Below, one piece after another: positions 55,019-64,000 of a stretch of 64,000 bases of DNA. Position 1 is the first letter of the stretch. Every line of letters begins with the position of its first letter. The notes under the pieces are model-generated. The model had not been told where the DNA came from, made no database searches, and worked only from the letters and a program-made list of their open reading frames with translations. The translations under genes were made by a program, and so were the position numbers. The stretch comes from Lentisphaerota bacterium (lineage in GTDB: Bacteria > Verrucomicrobiota > Kiritimatiellia > UBA8416 > VGWI01): positions 3,343 through 67,342 of the forward strand of contig VGWI01000001.1 in assembly GCA_016873655.1 (NCBI GenBank). The letters run 5' to 3'.

Positions 55019-55345
55019 ATGTCGGGGAAACAACGGATTACTACTTTCCAGGAGCGCGTGTACAAGGCTGTAAGCCTTGTACCGCGCGGGAAAGTTACCA
55101 CTTACCGTCGGCTTGGACAGGCGATAGGCTGCGGGTCGGCGAGGGCGGTGGGTCAGGCGCTACGGAAGAACCCATATGCGCCGCTTGTGCCGTGCCACAG
55201 GGTCATTGCCTCGGACCTGACCCCCGGCGGGTTCCGTGGACATCAGGCGGGGAAGGCGGTTGCCGACAAGCTCGCGCTGCTGGCGGCCGAAGGGGTGCGT
55301 TTCGAGAACGGCCGGCTGGCTGACCGGGGCCGGCTGTTCTTCTGA
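55019..55345 (+). CDS. MGMT-family protein (methylated-DNA-protein-cysteine methyltransferase DNA-binding domain), active-site Cys retained
   Basis: 108 aa. Helix-turn-helix region and PCHRV motif (LVPCHRVIA). Confidence 0.75.
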   Translation: MSGKQRITTFQERVYKAVSLVPRGKVTTYRRLGQAIGCGSARAVGQALRKNPYAPLVPCHRVIASDLTPGGFRGHQAGKAVADKLALLAAEGVRFENGRLADRGRLFF

Positions 55346-55430
55346 AAAGAGGCCGGTTTCCGCGTGGAGCAGCCACTCCAATCCGGTCTTGCATGCCTCC
55401 GGCAAAGACCATAACATCTGCGCCTCTTGC

Positions 55431-55507
55431 GTACCTGTAGCTCAATTGGATAGAGCATCAGACTACGGATCTGAGGGTTGCAGGTTCAAGTCCTGCCAGG
55501 TACGCCA
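55431..55507 (+). tRNA. tRNA-Arg (anticodon ACG)
   Basis: Acceptor GTACCTG/CAGGTAC, D-arm GCTC-AATTGGATA-GAGC, anticodon loop CTACGGA, T-loop TTCAAGT, discriminator G and CCA encoded. Confidence 0.85.
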
Positions 55508-55715
55508 TTTCAGGGATCAAGGTTCAACACCATTAACGGGGGCATCCCCTCTATCACCCAGGCGCACATTGCTCTTTTGTCAAAGGCGGCAGGGCCGATC
55601 CGCGGACGGACCAAACCCCAAGCTTGCCCGCGCGGAGCGCACGAGTCATCCCCGTCACGATCATTGAGCTACCGCGTTGACGACTGCCCGACCGTGGCCC
55701 CGTTTCCGTCTCCGG

Positions 55716-56780
55716 TCATACCCACTTCCTGCCGCGGAAATAGACCGCCATGCCGATCGAAGACAAGAGGAGGCATCCCCATGCCCATGCGTATCCATAG
55801 TGCCACTTCAGTTCCGGCATATGCTCGAAATTCATGCCGTATAGTCCCGTGATGAACGTCAACGGCAGGAAGATGGTCGAAATGAGTGTCAGAACCTTCA
55901 TTATTTCGTTCATCCGGTTGCTCATGCTGGACATGTGGATTTCCATCGCGCCGGACAGGAGATCGCGCAGGGACTCAACGGTATCGATCACCTGTATGGC
56001 GTGTTCGTAGACATCGCGCAGAAACGGCTTCAGCTTTCGTGAAAGCAGAGGCGACTCGGATTTTTCCATCGTGCTGAGGAGTTCACGCAGAGGCCATGCG
56101 CTCTTGCGGACGAATATCAGTTCCTGCCGGAGCCGGTGAATCTCCGCGACAGTCGAGCTTGCCGGTTTTTCCAAGGCCTCGTCCTGCACGTCTTCCACGT
56201 GTTCCCCGAGCGATTCGAGAACGACAAAATAGCTGTCAACCATTGCGTCTATCAGGCAGTAGGCGAGGTAATCGGCGCCCATGTTTCGAATCCGCCCTGC
56301 GCCGGTTCTCAGCCGCTCGCGGATGGTTTCGAATACATCGCCTTCGACTTCCTGAAAAGAAAGCACGAATCCCTTGCCCAGTATCAGTGCGAAGTGCTCA
56401 GCGACGAGATCGCTGTTGTCGTCGTCCATGTAGAGCATCTTCAGTGTGAACAGGATGTAGTCTCCGTAGTCCTCTATTTTTGGCCGCTGGCCGGTGCTCA
56501 GGACATCCTCAAGCGCCAGTGGGTGAATGTTGAACACTTCACCGAACTCGCGGACCTTCTCGATGTCATGTATCCCGTCCAGATTGATCCACGAGACGGT
56601 GTTCTCGTTCATGTACCCGCGGCAGTCGGCGCAATGGACGATTTCGCGTTCGCTCAAGTGATTGGAATCGTAGTCTATGACGTGGATGGATGCTTTCTCG
56701 GATCTCTTCTTTCCCAGATAGACGAGAGATCCCGGCGGGAGACCAGCCTTGCGGGAATCGTATTTCGGGTAGAACACCAT
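55716..56780 (-). CDS. corA: magnesium/cobalt transporter CorA
   Basis: Cytoplasmic funnel domain, two C-terminal TM helices and the GMN signature (GLYGMNF). Confidence 0.9.
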   Translation of the reverse strand: MVFYPKYDSRKAGLPPGSLVYLGKKRSEKASIHVIDYDSNHLSEREIVHCADCRGYMNENTVSWINLDGIHDIEKVREFGEVFNIHPLALEDVLSTGQRPKIEDYGDYILFTLKMLYMDDDNSDLVAEHFALILGKGFVLSFQEVEGDVFETIRERLRTGAGRIRNMGADYLAYCLIDAMVDSYFVVLESLGEHVEDVQDEALEKPASSTVAEIHRLRQELIFVRKSAWPLRELLSTMEKSESPLLSRKLKPFLRDVYEHAIQVIDTVESLRDLLSGAMEIHMSSMSNRMNEIMKVLTLISTIFLPLTFITGLYGMNFEHMPELKWHYGYAWAWGCLLLSSIGMAVYFRGRKWV

Positions 56781-57005
56781 CGCATCTCTCCCGTTGCCGC
56801 GGCTGATTGTCCGCCTGGCGAGGCTTCCTCAATCCACGCGGATACTGCCACGGTTCCAGCGTGTCGGCAAGCGGACTCGGGCAGGATCCTGTGCCGCCTT
56901 CCCTGGCGGTGGCCAGAAGCGGCTTGCCGCGTCGGCGCGATGGTTGGTATATGCGTTGCATACTTGAGACGTGCGGGCGTTGCCGGCACGGCCGGTGTAA
57001 CCAAG

Positions 57006-58430
57006 ATGCTGCTCCGTGTTCTTGTCGCGATCGACGATGCGCCTCTCCAGGCGCGGCTATCCGCCCTGTTGAAGGAGGAGGACGCGCTGATATGCGACCC
57101 ACTTCCGGGCTCGGACTGGGATGCTGTTGTCTCCTACCCGTGCGACGTTCTCATCACGCTGCGCAGGATGATCCCCGAACCGCGCGGCGCGACCGTGGCG
57201 AAGCTCGCGGATAACGCCGACGCGCCGGGCATAGTCGTTCTCACGCTCAACGAAAGCCCCGCGGAGGAAGCCGAGCTTGTGGCATGCGGGGCGGACGTTG
57301 TTCTGTTTGCCGGGGTGTCCGACGACATACTTGTCAGGGCGCTTGACAACGCGATAGGAGCCAGGCGCGCGCTGCTGTCTCGTTCGCTGGCAGCCAAGCG
57401 GGCGATGGCGCGTCCTCAGTTGTCGGACTTCGTTTCCGCAAGCCCGGCGATGCAGCGGTTCATGAAGACGGTTCATCGCGTGGTGGACAGTGACGCGCCG
57501 ATGCTTATCACCGGCGAGACCGGGGTGGGCAAGGAAAGGCTCGCCCGTGCGATTCATGCCGCGAGCCAGCGGAGCGATGGGGGGTTCATCTCCCTCAACT
57601 GCGGGGCCATACCCGAGAACCTGCTCGAGAGCGAATTGTTCGGTCACGAGAAGGGAGCGTTCACAGGCGCGACTCGCACGCAGCGGGGCTGTTTTGAACT
57701 GGCGCATGACGGAACGCTCTTTCTCGACGAGATCAGCGAGATGCCTTTCCACCTGCAGGTCAAGCTGCTTCATGTTCTGCAGGATTTCGAGGTCCATCCG
57801 GTCGGATCAGAACGGAGGATACCGGTTGATGTCAGGGTGATAGCGGCCACGAACCGGGACATTCAGGATGAAGTGAAGGAGAAGCGTTTCCGGCAGGATC
57901 TGTACTACAGGTTGAGCGTGGTGACGCTGGAACTTCCCCCGCTTCGCGAACGGCGCGAGGACATCCCGGCCCTGGCAGCGTCATTCGTCACCGACCTCTC
58001 GGCGCGTGTCGGTCGAAAGGTTGACGGCATCTCTCAGGCGGCGTTGAGGCGGCTTGTGGAATACGGATGGCCGGGCAATGTAAGGGAGCTGGTGAACGTG
58101 CTTGAACGAGCGATACTGCTGTGCGAAGGCAGAATGATCGAGCCCGAGGACATGCCTGAAGAGGTGAATGCCGCCGTGCCGCAGGAAGTGTCTGTCGAAG
58201 GCGTCGGCGGCTGGGACACGGCCAAGTGGGTTGACCGTCCCCTCCGCGAGGGGAGGGAAGTGTTCTCGCAGCGGTTTGAGAAGGAGTACCTTGCGATGCT
58301 GCTGCAGCGTACGCAGGGGAAAGTGGCGGAAACCGCCCGAATGGCCGGCATTGAGCCGCGGTCTCTTTTCTCCAAGATGCGCAAGTACGGATTGCGCAAG
58401 CAGGATTTCAAGCCTTCAAAGGAACAATGA
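57006..58430 (+). CDS. sigma-54-dependent transcriptional regulator (NtrC-family: receiver-like, AAA+, Fis-type HTH)
   Basis: Walker A GETGVGKE, GAFTGA motif (HEKGAFTGA), arginine finger region, C-terminal HTH (LAMLLQRTQGKVAETARMAGI). The ORF-track start 56136 is an antisense-of-corA extension. Confidence 0.8.
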   Translation: MLLRVLVAIDDAPLQARLSALLKEEDALICDPLPGSDWDAVVSYPCDVLITLRRMIPEPRGATVAKLADNADAPGIVVLTLNESPAEEAELVACGADVVLFAGVSDDILVRALDNAIGARRALLSRSLAAKRAMARPQLSDFVSASPAMQRFMKTVHRVVDSDAPMLITGETGVGKERLARAIHAASQRSDGGFISLNCGAIPENLLESELFGHEKGAFTGATRTQRGCFELAHDGTLFLDEISEMPFHLQVKLLHVLQDFEVHPVGSERRIPVDVRVIAATNRDIQDEVKEKRFRQDLYYRLSVVTLELPPLRERREDIPALAASFVTDLSARVGRKVDGISQAALRRLVEYGWPGNVRELVNVLERAILLCEGRMIEPEDMPEEVNAAVPQEVSVEGVGGWDTAKWVDRPLREGREVFSQRFEKEYLAMLLQRTQGKVAETARMAGIEPRSLFSKMRKYGLRKQDFKPSKEQ

Positions 58431-58448
58431 AGGCGGCGAGATCACCTG

Positions 58449-60236
58449 CTACTCATTTCCGTGTCTGAATGCCTCGTCGAATCTGATCGACTCGGCGGGT
58501 GCCGGCATCACCGACCCGGATTCCATCGCATCCTTGAGGTCGGCCACGGCATCCGGATCGCTCCACCAGTAGGCGTATATGGAATCTTCGTTGCCGTGTC
58601 TTGAGAGGACTGTCGGCGGAGTGCCGAACTTGTTCCAGTAGAGCAGGCGCGTGTACGAAATGTTCCAGAGAAGGGCGTAGGGGGCCTTGGCCGCTATCAG
58701 TGCGTCCAGGCGGCGGCAGATCGCATTCCTGCGCTCCAGGTCGAACTCGGTTCTCTGTTCCTCGATCAGACGGTCCACTTCCCGGTCCCGGAAGCCGGTG
58801 ATATTGTTTCCCGACGGCCTGTCGGCCTCGGCGGATGCCCACATGCCTTCGGGGTCCTTGAACATGGAAGACCCCCACGCCGCCCATGTCATGTCAAAGT
58901 TGAAGTTGTCCATATCCTTTGACCATGAGGCGGCGTCCTTCATTTCGATCTTCATTTCGATCCCCGCATCGCGCAGGGCTTCGTTGTAGACGGACAGGAA
59001 CTTGTGTGTGCTGAGCGAGTGGGTAAGGAACGAGAACGACAGAGGTCGTCCGTCTTTCTCCAGCAACCCCGTGCGCGGGTTGGCGCTCCATCCGGCATCG
59101 GAGAGGAGCGTCCTTGCCAGCGAGGGGTTGAAGTCGGCCATGGGAATCGGGCATGGGTTGCCGGGCGAATAGAGATCTTCGAAGTAGGATCGGTGCATGA
59201 AATACTGGCCGTACATCAGGGTGCGGTTCATCTCTTCGCGGTTCAGGAGGTGTGCCATCGCACGGCGGACGGGCAGGGAGTCGAATGGGGGCCGGCGCAT
59301 GTTCATTGCGAAGCCCTGGAATCCCTGCGGGTGGTAGTTGTGCACGCGTTGTTTGACCACCCAGTGTTTCTCAAAGCGTTCGCCCTTCGTCTCGTTCACC
59401 CACAGGTGCGAGGTGTAGACGGGGAACACATCCATGAGGCCTTTTTTGAACGCTTCGAACGCGTTCTCGGTCTCCTCGTAGAAGCGGAAAGTGAGCATTG
59501 AGATATTGAAGGTGTTGCGGGTCCGTGGGTCGGCGTCGCGCCACCAGTCGGGCCTTCTTTCGAGCCGCACGAACACCCCGTCGCGGATCTCGGATATGCG
59601 GTAGGGGCCGGAAACGGCCGGGAAGTCGGTATTGATCTTGTTGAAGTCCCGGTCGCCCAGAACATGCCGGGGAAGGACGTACAGGCTGCCCAGGGCGAGC
59701 AGGTTGCGCCAGTGGACCTCGCGACAGGTGAATCGCACCGTGTTGGAGGACGCTATTTCCGGCTGGTCGAACTTCTCAAGGCTGACCTTGTGGACCCCGG
59801 TGAGGTTGGCCGGATCGCGCAGGGCGTTGAAAGTCCATGCCACGTCTTCGGGTGTCACGGGCTTCCCGTCGCTCCACTTTGCGTCCGGAGAGATCCGGAA
59901 CGAGAATGCCCGACCGTCGTCCGAGACGGTCCATGACTCCGCGATACAGGGTTCGAACCCCGCAGTGACCGGGTTCAGCGTCAGGAGCGTGTCGAACATC
60001 AGCGACATCAGCAGGTCGTTGAATGTGTTGTTGTCGAGATAGTAGTTGAAGCTTTTGGGGAAGGCGCCGGCATACGCGGCAAGCGAGCCGCCGCGCACCG
60101 CGTGGGGGCTCGCCAGCGGATCAGGCATTGGTTCCCATCCGGGCGCGGGGAACGCGTTCTCCGCGGAGACCGGGGCGGAGCCGGCTGACATGATGAAACC
60201 GGCGGTCACTACGGCAGACAGCAGTTTCGTGTTCAT
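58449..60236 (-). CDS. ABC transporter substrate-binding protein, family 5 (peptide/nickel/opine type)
   Basis: 595 aa with signal peptide MNTKLLSAVVTAGFIMSAGSAPVSA and SBP_bac_5-like architecture. The ORF-track start 60518 is a 5' extension. Confidence 0.75.
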   Translation of the reverse strand: MNTKLLSAVVTAGFIMSAGSAPVSAENAFPAPGWEPMPDPLASPHAVRGGSLAAYAGAFPKSFNYYLDNNTFNDLLMSLMFDTLLTLNPVTAGFEPCIAESWTVSDDGRAFSFRISPDAKWSDGKPVTPEDVAWTFNALRDPANLTGVHKVSLEKFDQPEIASSNTVRFTCREVHWRNLLALGSLYVLPRHVLGDRDFNKINTDFPAVSGPYRISEIRDGVFVRLERRPDWWRDADPRTRNTFNISMLTFRFYEETENAFEAFKKGLMDVFPVYTSHLWVNETKGERFEKHWVVKQRVHNYHPQGFQGFAMNMRRPPFDSLPVRRAMAHLLNREEMNRTLMYGQYFMHRSYFEDLYSPGNPCPIPMADFNPSLARTLLSDAGWSANPRTGLLEKDGRPLSFSFLTHSLSTHKFLSVYNEALRDAGIEMKIEMKDAASWSKDMDNFNFDMTWAAWGSSMFKDPEGMWASAEADRPSGNNITGFRDREVDRLIEEQRTEFDLERRNAICRRLDALIAAKAPYALLWNISYTRLLYWNKFGTPPTVLSRHGNEDSIYAYWWSDPDAVADLKDAMESGSVMPAPAESIRFDEAFRHGNE

Positions 60237-60318
60237 GGGGCAAATGTACAGGATGGGTCGGGCTGCCGCAGCAGGATTATGCTTTGTGCGGCTTTCGCCC
60301 TCCGCTAGAGTTGAGAGC

Positions 60319-62202
60319 GTGAGCAGTCTTGTGGAATCCATTTCCGGGCCGGAGGATGTCGCCAGGCTTGAGACGGACGATCTGGTCCGTCTTGCCGGCG
60401 AGGTCCGTTCGTTGATTGTCGACACGGTCAGCCGGACTGGCGGCCACCTTGCTCCGAACCTGGGTGTTGTTGAACTTACGGTGGCGCTGCTGAAGGTGTT
60501 TGCGCCGCCTGAAGACAAGATCGTCTGGGATACAAGCCACCAGACGTACGCCTACAAGATACTGACCGGCCGCCGCGACAGGTTCCGCACACTCAGGCAG
60601 AAAGGCGGCATTTCCGGATTCGCGAAGCGTGACGAAAGTCCGTGCGACGCGTTCGGCAGCGGGCATGCGGGCACGGCGCTTTCCGCCGCGCTCGGGCTTG
60701 CCGCCGCGCGCGATGCCCGCGGTTCGAAGGAGAGCGTGGTTGCGGTCATGGGTGACGCCGCCGCGAGCTGCGGCATCAGCTTTGAGGCGCTCAACAACAT
60801 TGCCTCCGCGACGAACCGGCTGGTCGTGATTCTCAATGACAACGAGATGTCCATTTCTACGAACGTCGGGTCCGTTTCCCGTTACCTCGGGCACCTCCTC
60901 GTCAACCCCAGATACAACAGGTGGAAGTCATCGGTGGAAAGCGCCGCTCACCGCCTGCTGGGAATGAACTGGCTCCGCGGCATCTACCACCGCACAGAGG
61001 AAGCGGTGAAGAGCCTGTTTCTCGACAGCGTCTTCTTCGAGGAGTTCGGGCTCAGGTACATCGGGCCGATCGACGGCCACAGCATTCCAGCCCTCGTGGA
61101 TGCGCTGGCGATCGCGCGCAACTACGCCAAGCCGATCATCCTTCACGTCTCCACGAAGAAGGGCAAAGGATACCCGATGGCGGAGCAGTCGCCCGAGAAA
61201 TGGCACGGCACAGCCGCTTTTGATGTGGAGAGCGGGGTGCTTGCGAAGGAGCCGTCGGGAACGTCTTATTCGACGGTGTTCGGCCGCGCGCTGGAACGCA
61301 TGGCCGCGCGCGACAACCGCATCGTGGCCATAACCGCCGCCATGTGCAGCGGGACGGGGCTGAGCGGGTTCTCGAAGCGTTTTCCGGACAGGTTCCACGA
61401 TGTGGGGATCTGCGAAGAGCACGCGACCATACTCGCGGCCGGAATGGCGGCGGGCGGGCTTCGCCCGTTCTTCGCCGTCTATTCCACGTTTGCCCAGAGA
61501 TCGGTGGACTGCATCATCCACGACGTGTGCCTGCAGAACCTGCCCGTCGTCTTCTGCCTGGACCGCGCCGGAGTGGTCGGCGACGACGGGCCGACGCATC
61601 ACGGGGTGTTCGACATCGCGCTTCTCCGGCCGGTGCCCAATCTGGTGATCATGCAGCCGAAGGATGAGCAGGAACTGGCTGACATGCTGTACACAGCATC
61701 AACCCTGGACGGGGCGTCGGTCATACGCTATCCGCGCGGCTGCGGGCCGGGCATCGCTGTCAGGAACGAGTTCGAGACGATGGTCGTGGGAAAGGCAGAG
61801 ATTCTGCGCGAAGGGGAGACGGTCCAGATATGGGCGCTGGGCGACATGATCCCGAACGCACTTGAAGCGGCTGCGCTGCTCAGCGAGAAGGGAGTGAGTG
61901 CCGGAGTGGTGAACGCGCGCTTCGTCGCTCCGCTCGACGAGGAACTTATGCTGGCTCACGCTTCCGCCGCAAAGGTCATCGCCACGCTCGAGAACGGAGT
62001 CGCGCGCGGCGGGTTCGGGTCAGGCGTGCAGGAATGCCTGTCGGGGAAAGGCGCCACGACACCCGTTCTTCGCTTCGGCTGGCCGCACGAGTTCGTCGGA
62101 CAGGGAAAGGCGGACGAACTGATGCGTGACCACGGGCTCGACGCCGAGACGGTGGTCGCGCGGATACTCTCAGTTCTCTCAAATGGAAAAGCTTCGTCTT
62201 GA
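60319..62202 (+). CDS. dxs: 1-deoxy-D-xylulose-5-phosphate synthase
   Basis: TPP-binding (GDAAASCG...NDNEMSIS), transketolase-like domains, DRAG motif (LDRAGVVGDDGPTHHG). GTG start 60319 gives the N-terminus MSSLVESISGPED..., typical for Dxs. Confidence 0.9.
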   Translation: MSSLVESISGPEDVARLETDDLVRLAGEVRSLIVDTVSRTGGHLAPNLGVVELTVALLKVFAPPEDKIVWDTSHQTYAYKILTGRRDRFRTLRQKGGISGFAKRDESPCDAFGSGHAGTALSAALGLAAARDARGSKESVVAVMGDAAASCGISFEALNNIASATNRLVVILNDNEMSISTNVGSVSRYLGHLLVNPRYNRWKSSVESAAHRLLGMNWLRGIYHRTEEAVKSLFLDSVFFEEFGLRYIGPIDGHSIPALVDALAIARNYAKPIILHVSTKKGKGYPMAEQSPEKWHGTAAFDVESGVLAKEPSGTSYSTVFGRALERMAARDNRIVAITAAMCSGTGLSGFSKRFPDRFHDVGICEEHATILAAGMAAGGLRPFFAVYSTFAQRSVDCIIHDVCLQNLPVVFCLDRAGVVGDDGPTHHGVFDIALLRPVPNLVIMQPKDEQELADMLYTASTLDGASVIRYPRGCGPGIAVRNEFETMVVGKAEILREGETVQIWALGDMIPNALEAAALLSEKGVSAGVVNARFVAPLDEELMLAHASAAKVIATLENGVARGGFGSGVQECLSGKGATTPVLRFGWPHEFVGQGKADELMRDHGLDAETVVARILSVLSNGKASS

Positions 62203-62920
62203 CGCGCTGATGGTGGAACTCGGACTGGCCGAGAGCCGGGAGAAAGCACAGCGACTCGCCCTCGCCGGACAGGTCAAGGTTGACGGACAGCCCGCGACGA
62301 AGCCAGGCCACAGGTACCCGCGCGGAGCGAGTATTGATGTCGAGACCCCTCCGAGGTTCGTCGGGCGCGGCGGCGAGAAGTTGGAGCACGCTCTCGCCGG
62401 GTTCGGCATAGACGTCGCGGGCAGGATCTGTCTCGACGTGGGCGCATCGACGGGAGGATTCACCGATTGCCTTCTCCAGCGCCGCGCGGCCCGTGTATAT
62501 GCCCTGGATGTGGGTGCGGGGCTGATTCACTGGCGGCTGAGGAACGACGCAAGGGTTGTGCTGCTTGAGAACGTGAATGCGCGCAACATGAGTGAAGGAC
62601 TGATCCCCGAACCTGTCGAAGTCGTGACCGTTGACGTGTCGTTCATTTCGTTGACCCTTGTTCTGCCCGCTGTTATAAAGGCCGCAGCCGCCGGCGCGCA
62701 CATCGTTACGCTCGTCAAGCCGCAGTTTGAAGCCGGCCGTGAACAGGTTGAGCGGGGCGGGGTGGTGCGGGACGAGGCGATTCGAGCGGCGGTGCTGGAC
62801 AGAATCAGTACGTTCGGTGTTTCGGAACTCGGCCTTGAGTGGCTGGGCGTTCTCGAGTCGCCGATTCGCGGCAGGGCGGGCAACGTGGAGTACCTGGCGC
62901 ATTGGCGTTTCCCGGGGTGA
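62183..62920 (+). CDS. tlyA: TlyA-family rRNA 2'-O-methyltransferase (S4 + FtsJ domains)
   Basis: S4 RNA-binding N-terminus (MEKLRLDALMVELGLAESREKAQRL) and SAM-binding motif CLDVGASTGGFTDCLL. 20-nt overlap with the dxs 3' end. Confidence 0.85.
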   Translation: MEKLRLDALMVELGLAESREKAQRLALAGQVKVDGQPATKPGHRYPRGASIDVETPPRFVGRGGEKLEHALAGFGIDVAGRICLDVGASTGGFTDCLLQRRAARVYALDVGAGLIHWRLRNDARVVLLENVNARNMSEGLIPEPVEVVTVDVSFISLTLVLPAVIKAAAAGAHIVTLVKPQFEAGREQVERGGVVRDEAIRAAVLDRISTFGVSELGLEWLGVLESPIRGRAGNVEYLAHWRFPG

Positions 62921-62936
62921 CGGCGGGGGTTGCAGC

Positions 62937-63797
62937 ATGAACAGGATCGGGGTTACGGCAAACACCGCGAAGCCGCGGGCGGCGGAAGTGCTGCGCAGGC
63001 TGGCCTGCGCGGCGCGTGTCCGGGGCATCGAGCTTTTCGCGCTTGAGGGAACGGCGCGCCTGACCGATGGAATCACTGCGCTTGCGCCGGACGATTTCTA
63101 CGACAGAGTCGAAGCGCTTCTGGCGCTGGGCGGCGACGGGACAATGCTGCGGGCGGTGCGTGAACTTGGCGGCCGCGACCTGCCGGTCATGGGGTTGAAT
63201 CTCGGAAGTCTCGGCTTTCTGACCAGCGTCCAGGAGAACGACATGGAGCGCGCGCTGGACGCGCTTGCGCGCGGCGACTACAGGCTGGGGACGAGGCGCA
63301 TGGTGGACTGCCGGGTTGTTCGCGGTGCACTCGAGCAGGGCAGGTTCCACGCTCTTAATGACGTCGTGATCGCCAACGGCGATTCCGCACGGGTCATCAC
63401 GCTGGGCGTTGACGTGGACGGAGAGCGGGTGACCGAGTATGTCTGCGACGGGTTGATCGTTTCGACGCCGACCGGGAGCACCGGCCATTCCCTTTCCGCG
63501 GGCGGTCCGATTGTGAGCCCGGAATCGTGCGTGTTTGTACTCTCTCTGATCTGTCCGCACACTCTCAGTTCCAGGCCGATCGTCATTCCCGACTCCTGCG
63601 AGGTGAGCGTGGAGGTCAGCGAGTCCGATGCCGGCGTGCACATGATGGTGGACGGTCAGGTCGGCCAGGACCTTCAGCCTAACGACAGGGTTTCCATCCG
63701 CGCCAGCGAACGAAGCGTACGGTTCGTCCACTTGCCGGGCTACCGCTATTTTGCGGTCCTGAGGCACAAACTGCACTGGGCCGGGTCGGTTGCATGA
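62937..63797 (+). CDS. nadK: NAD+ kinase
   Basis: GGDGT motif (LALGGDGTMLRA), NE/D short motif and conserved DGLIVSTPTGSTGHSLSAGGP. Confidence 0.9.
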   Translation: MNRIGVTANTAKPRAAEVLRRLACAARVRGIELFALEGTARLTDGITALAPDDFYDRVEALLALGGDGTMLRAVRELGGRDLPVMGLNLGSLGFLTSVQENDMERALDALARGDYRLGTRRMVDCRVVRGALEQGRFHALNDVVIANGDSARVITLGVDVDGERVTEYVCDGLIVSTPTGSTGHSLSAGGPIVSPESCVFVLSLICPHTLSSRPIVIPDSCEVSVEVSESDAGVHMMVDGQVGQDLQPNDRVSIRASERSVRFVHLPGYRYFAVLRHKLHWAGSVA

Positions 63798-64000
63798 GTC
63801 GGCCATTCGGCATCCGCGGGATGGCTGATTCCCTGATCGTTCTCCTCTCCGCGTTCCTGTCCGCGGCTGGCTTGGGCGTAGCCGCGGAGACCGGTTCAAA
63901 CGACGTCCCGCAGATACGGATCGAGTACTACTTCGAACCGGGCTGCGACGACTGTGAACGGGTTGCGGCCGTCGTCCTGCCGCGGCTTGAGGCCGTCTAT
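63794..64000 (+). CDS. partial ORF, signal peptide plus CxxC (thioredoxin-like?) protein; 3' end outside window
   Basis: ATGA overlap with the nadK stop. MSRPFGIRGMADSLIVLLSAFLSAAGLGVAAE... then YYFEPGCDDCERV. Truncated by the window end. Confidence 0.3.
   Translation, partial: MSRPFGIRGMADSLIVLLSAFLSAAGLGVAAETGSNDVPQIRIEYYFEPGCDDCERVAAVVLPRLEAVY

Noticed and set aside
56136-57005. 5' 290 codons of the 764-aa plus-strand ORF
   Set aside because: This part is antisense to corA and has no homology. The real sigma-54 regulator starts at ATG 57006 (receiver-like N-terminus MLLRVLVAIDD).
60237-60518. N-terminal 94 codons of the 689-aa minus ORF
   Set aside because: This is an upstream extension. 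The substrate-binding protein clearly begins with its signal peptide at 60236.
61976-63899. Minus-strand ORFs of 366 and 364 aa
   Set aside because: Antisense to dxs/tlyA and nadK.

Overview
This is a high-GC window (roughly 60-65% by eye) from a bacterial chromosome. From about 2.5 to 32.5 kb it holds one uninterrupted, same-strand block of translation and transcription genes. The order is tRNA-Thr(GGU), tuf, rpmG, tRNA-Trp, secE, nusG, rplK/A/J/L, rpoB, rpoC, rpsL, rpsG, fusA, then the complete S10, spc and alpha ribosomal-protein operons through rplQ. rpmG (50 aa) and rpmJ (37 aa) are present but fall below the ORF-track length cutoff. rpmD and infA are not at their usual positions. Only 61 bp after rplQ begins a type-IV-pilus-like assembly cluster. 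It contains a PilC/GspF platform protein, a PilM-PilN fusion, an approximately 320-aa membrane-anchored protein that (from memory) resembles the Akkermansia Amuc_1100 / PilO-fold family, a zinc-ribbon and calcium-loop protein in the PilP position, and a 1105-aa secretin with a long acidic Pro/Glu/Val-rich N-terminal region and TPR-like repeats. No pilin, PilB/PilT ATPase or prepilin peptidase lies in the window. I consider this cluster the most interesting system here, and the gene order suggests a Verrucomicrobiota-like (PVC) organism. Downstream are a standalone DNA polymerase I 5'-3' exonuclease, coaE, rho, tig, clpP, clpX, panD(-), a B12-binding radical-SAM protein, cca(-), PNP(-), a TAT-lipoprotein M48/TPR protease, a minimal MGMT, tRNA-Arg(ACG), corA(-), a sigma-54 regulator, a family-5 SBP(-), dxs, tlyA and ppnK. 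The 5' end carries a glycosyltransferase-acetyltransferase-glycosyltransferase polysaccharide module. Many long antisense ORFs in the six-frame track are high-GC artefacts. I found no CRISPR array, transposase or integrase.
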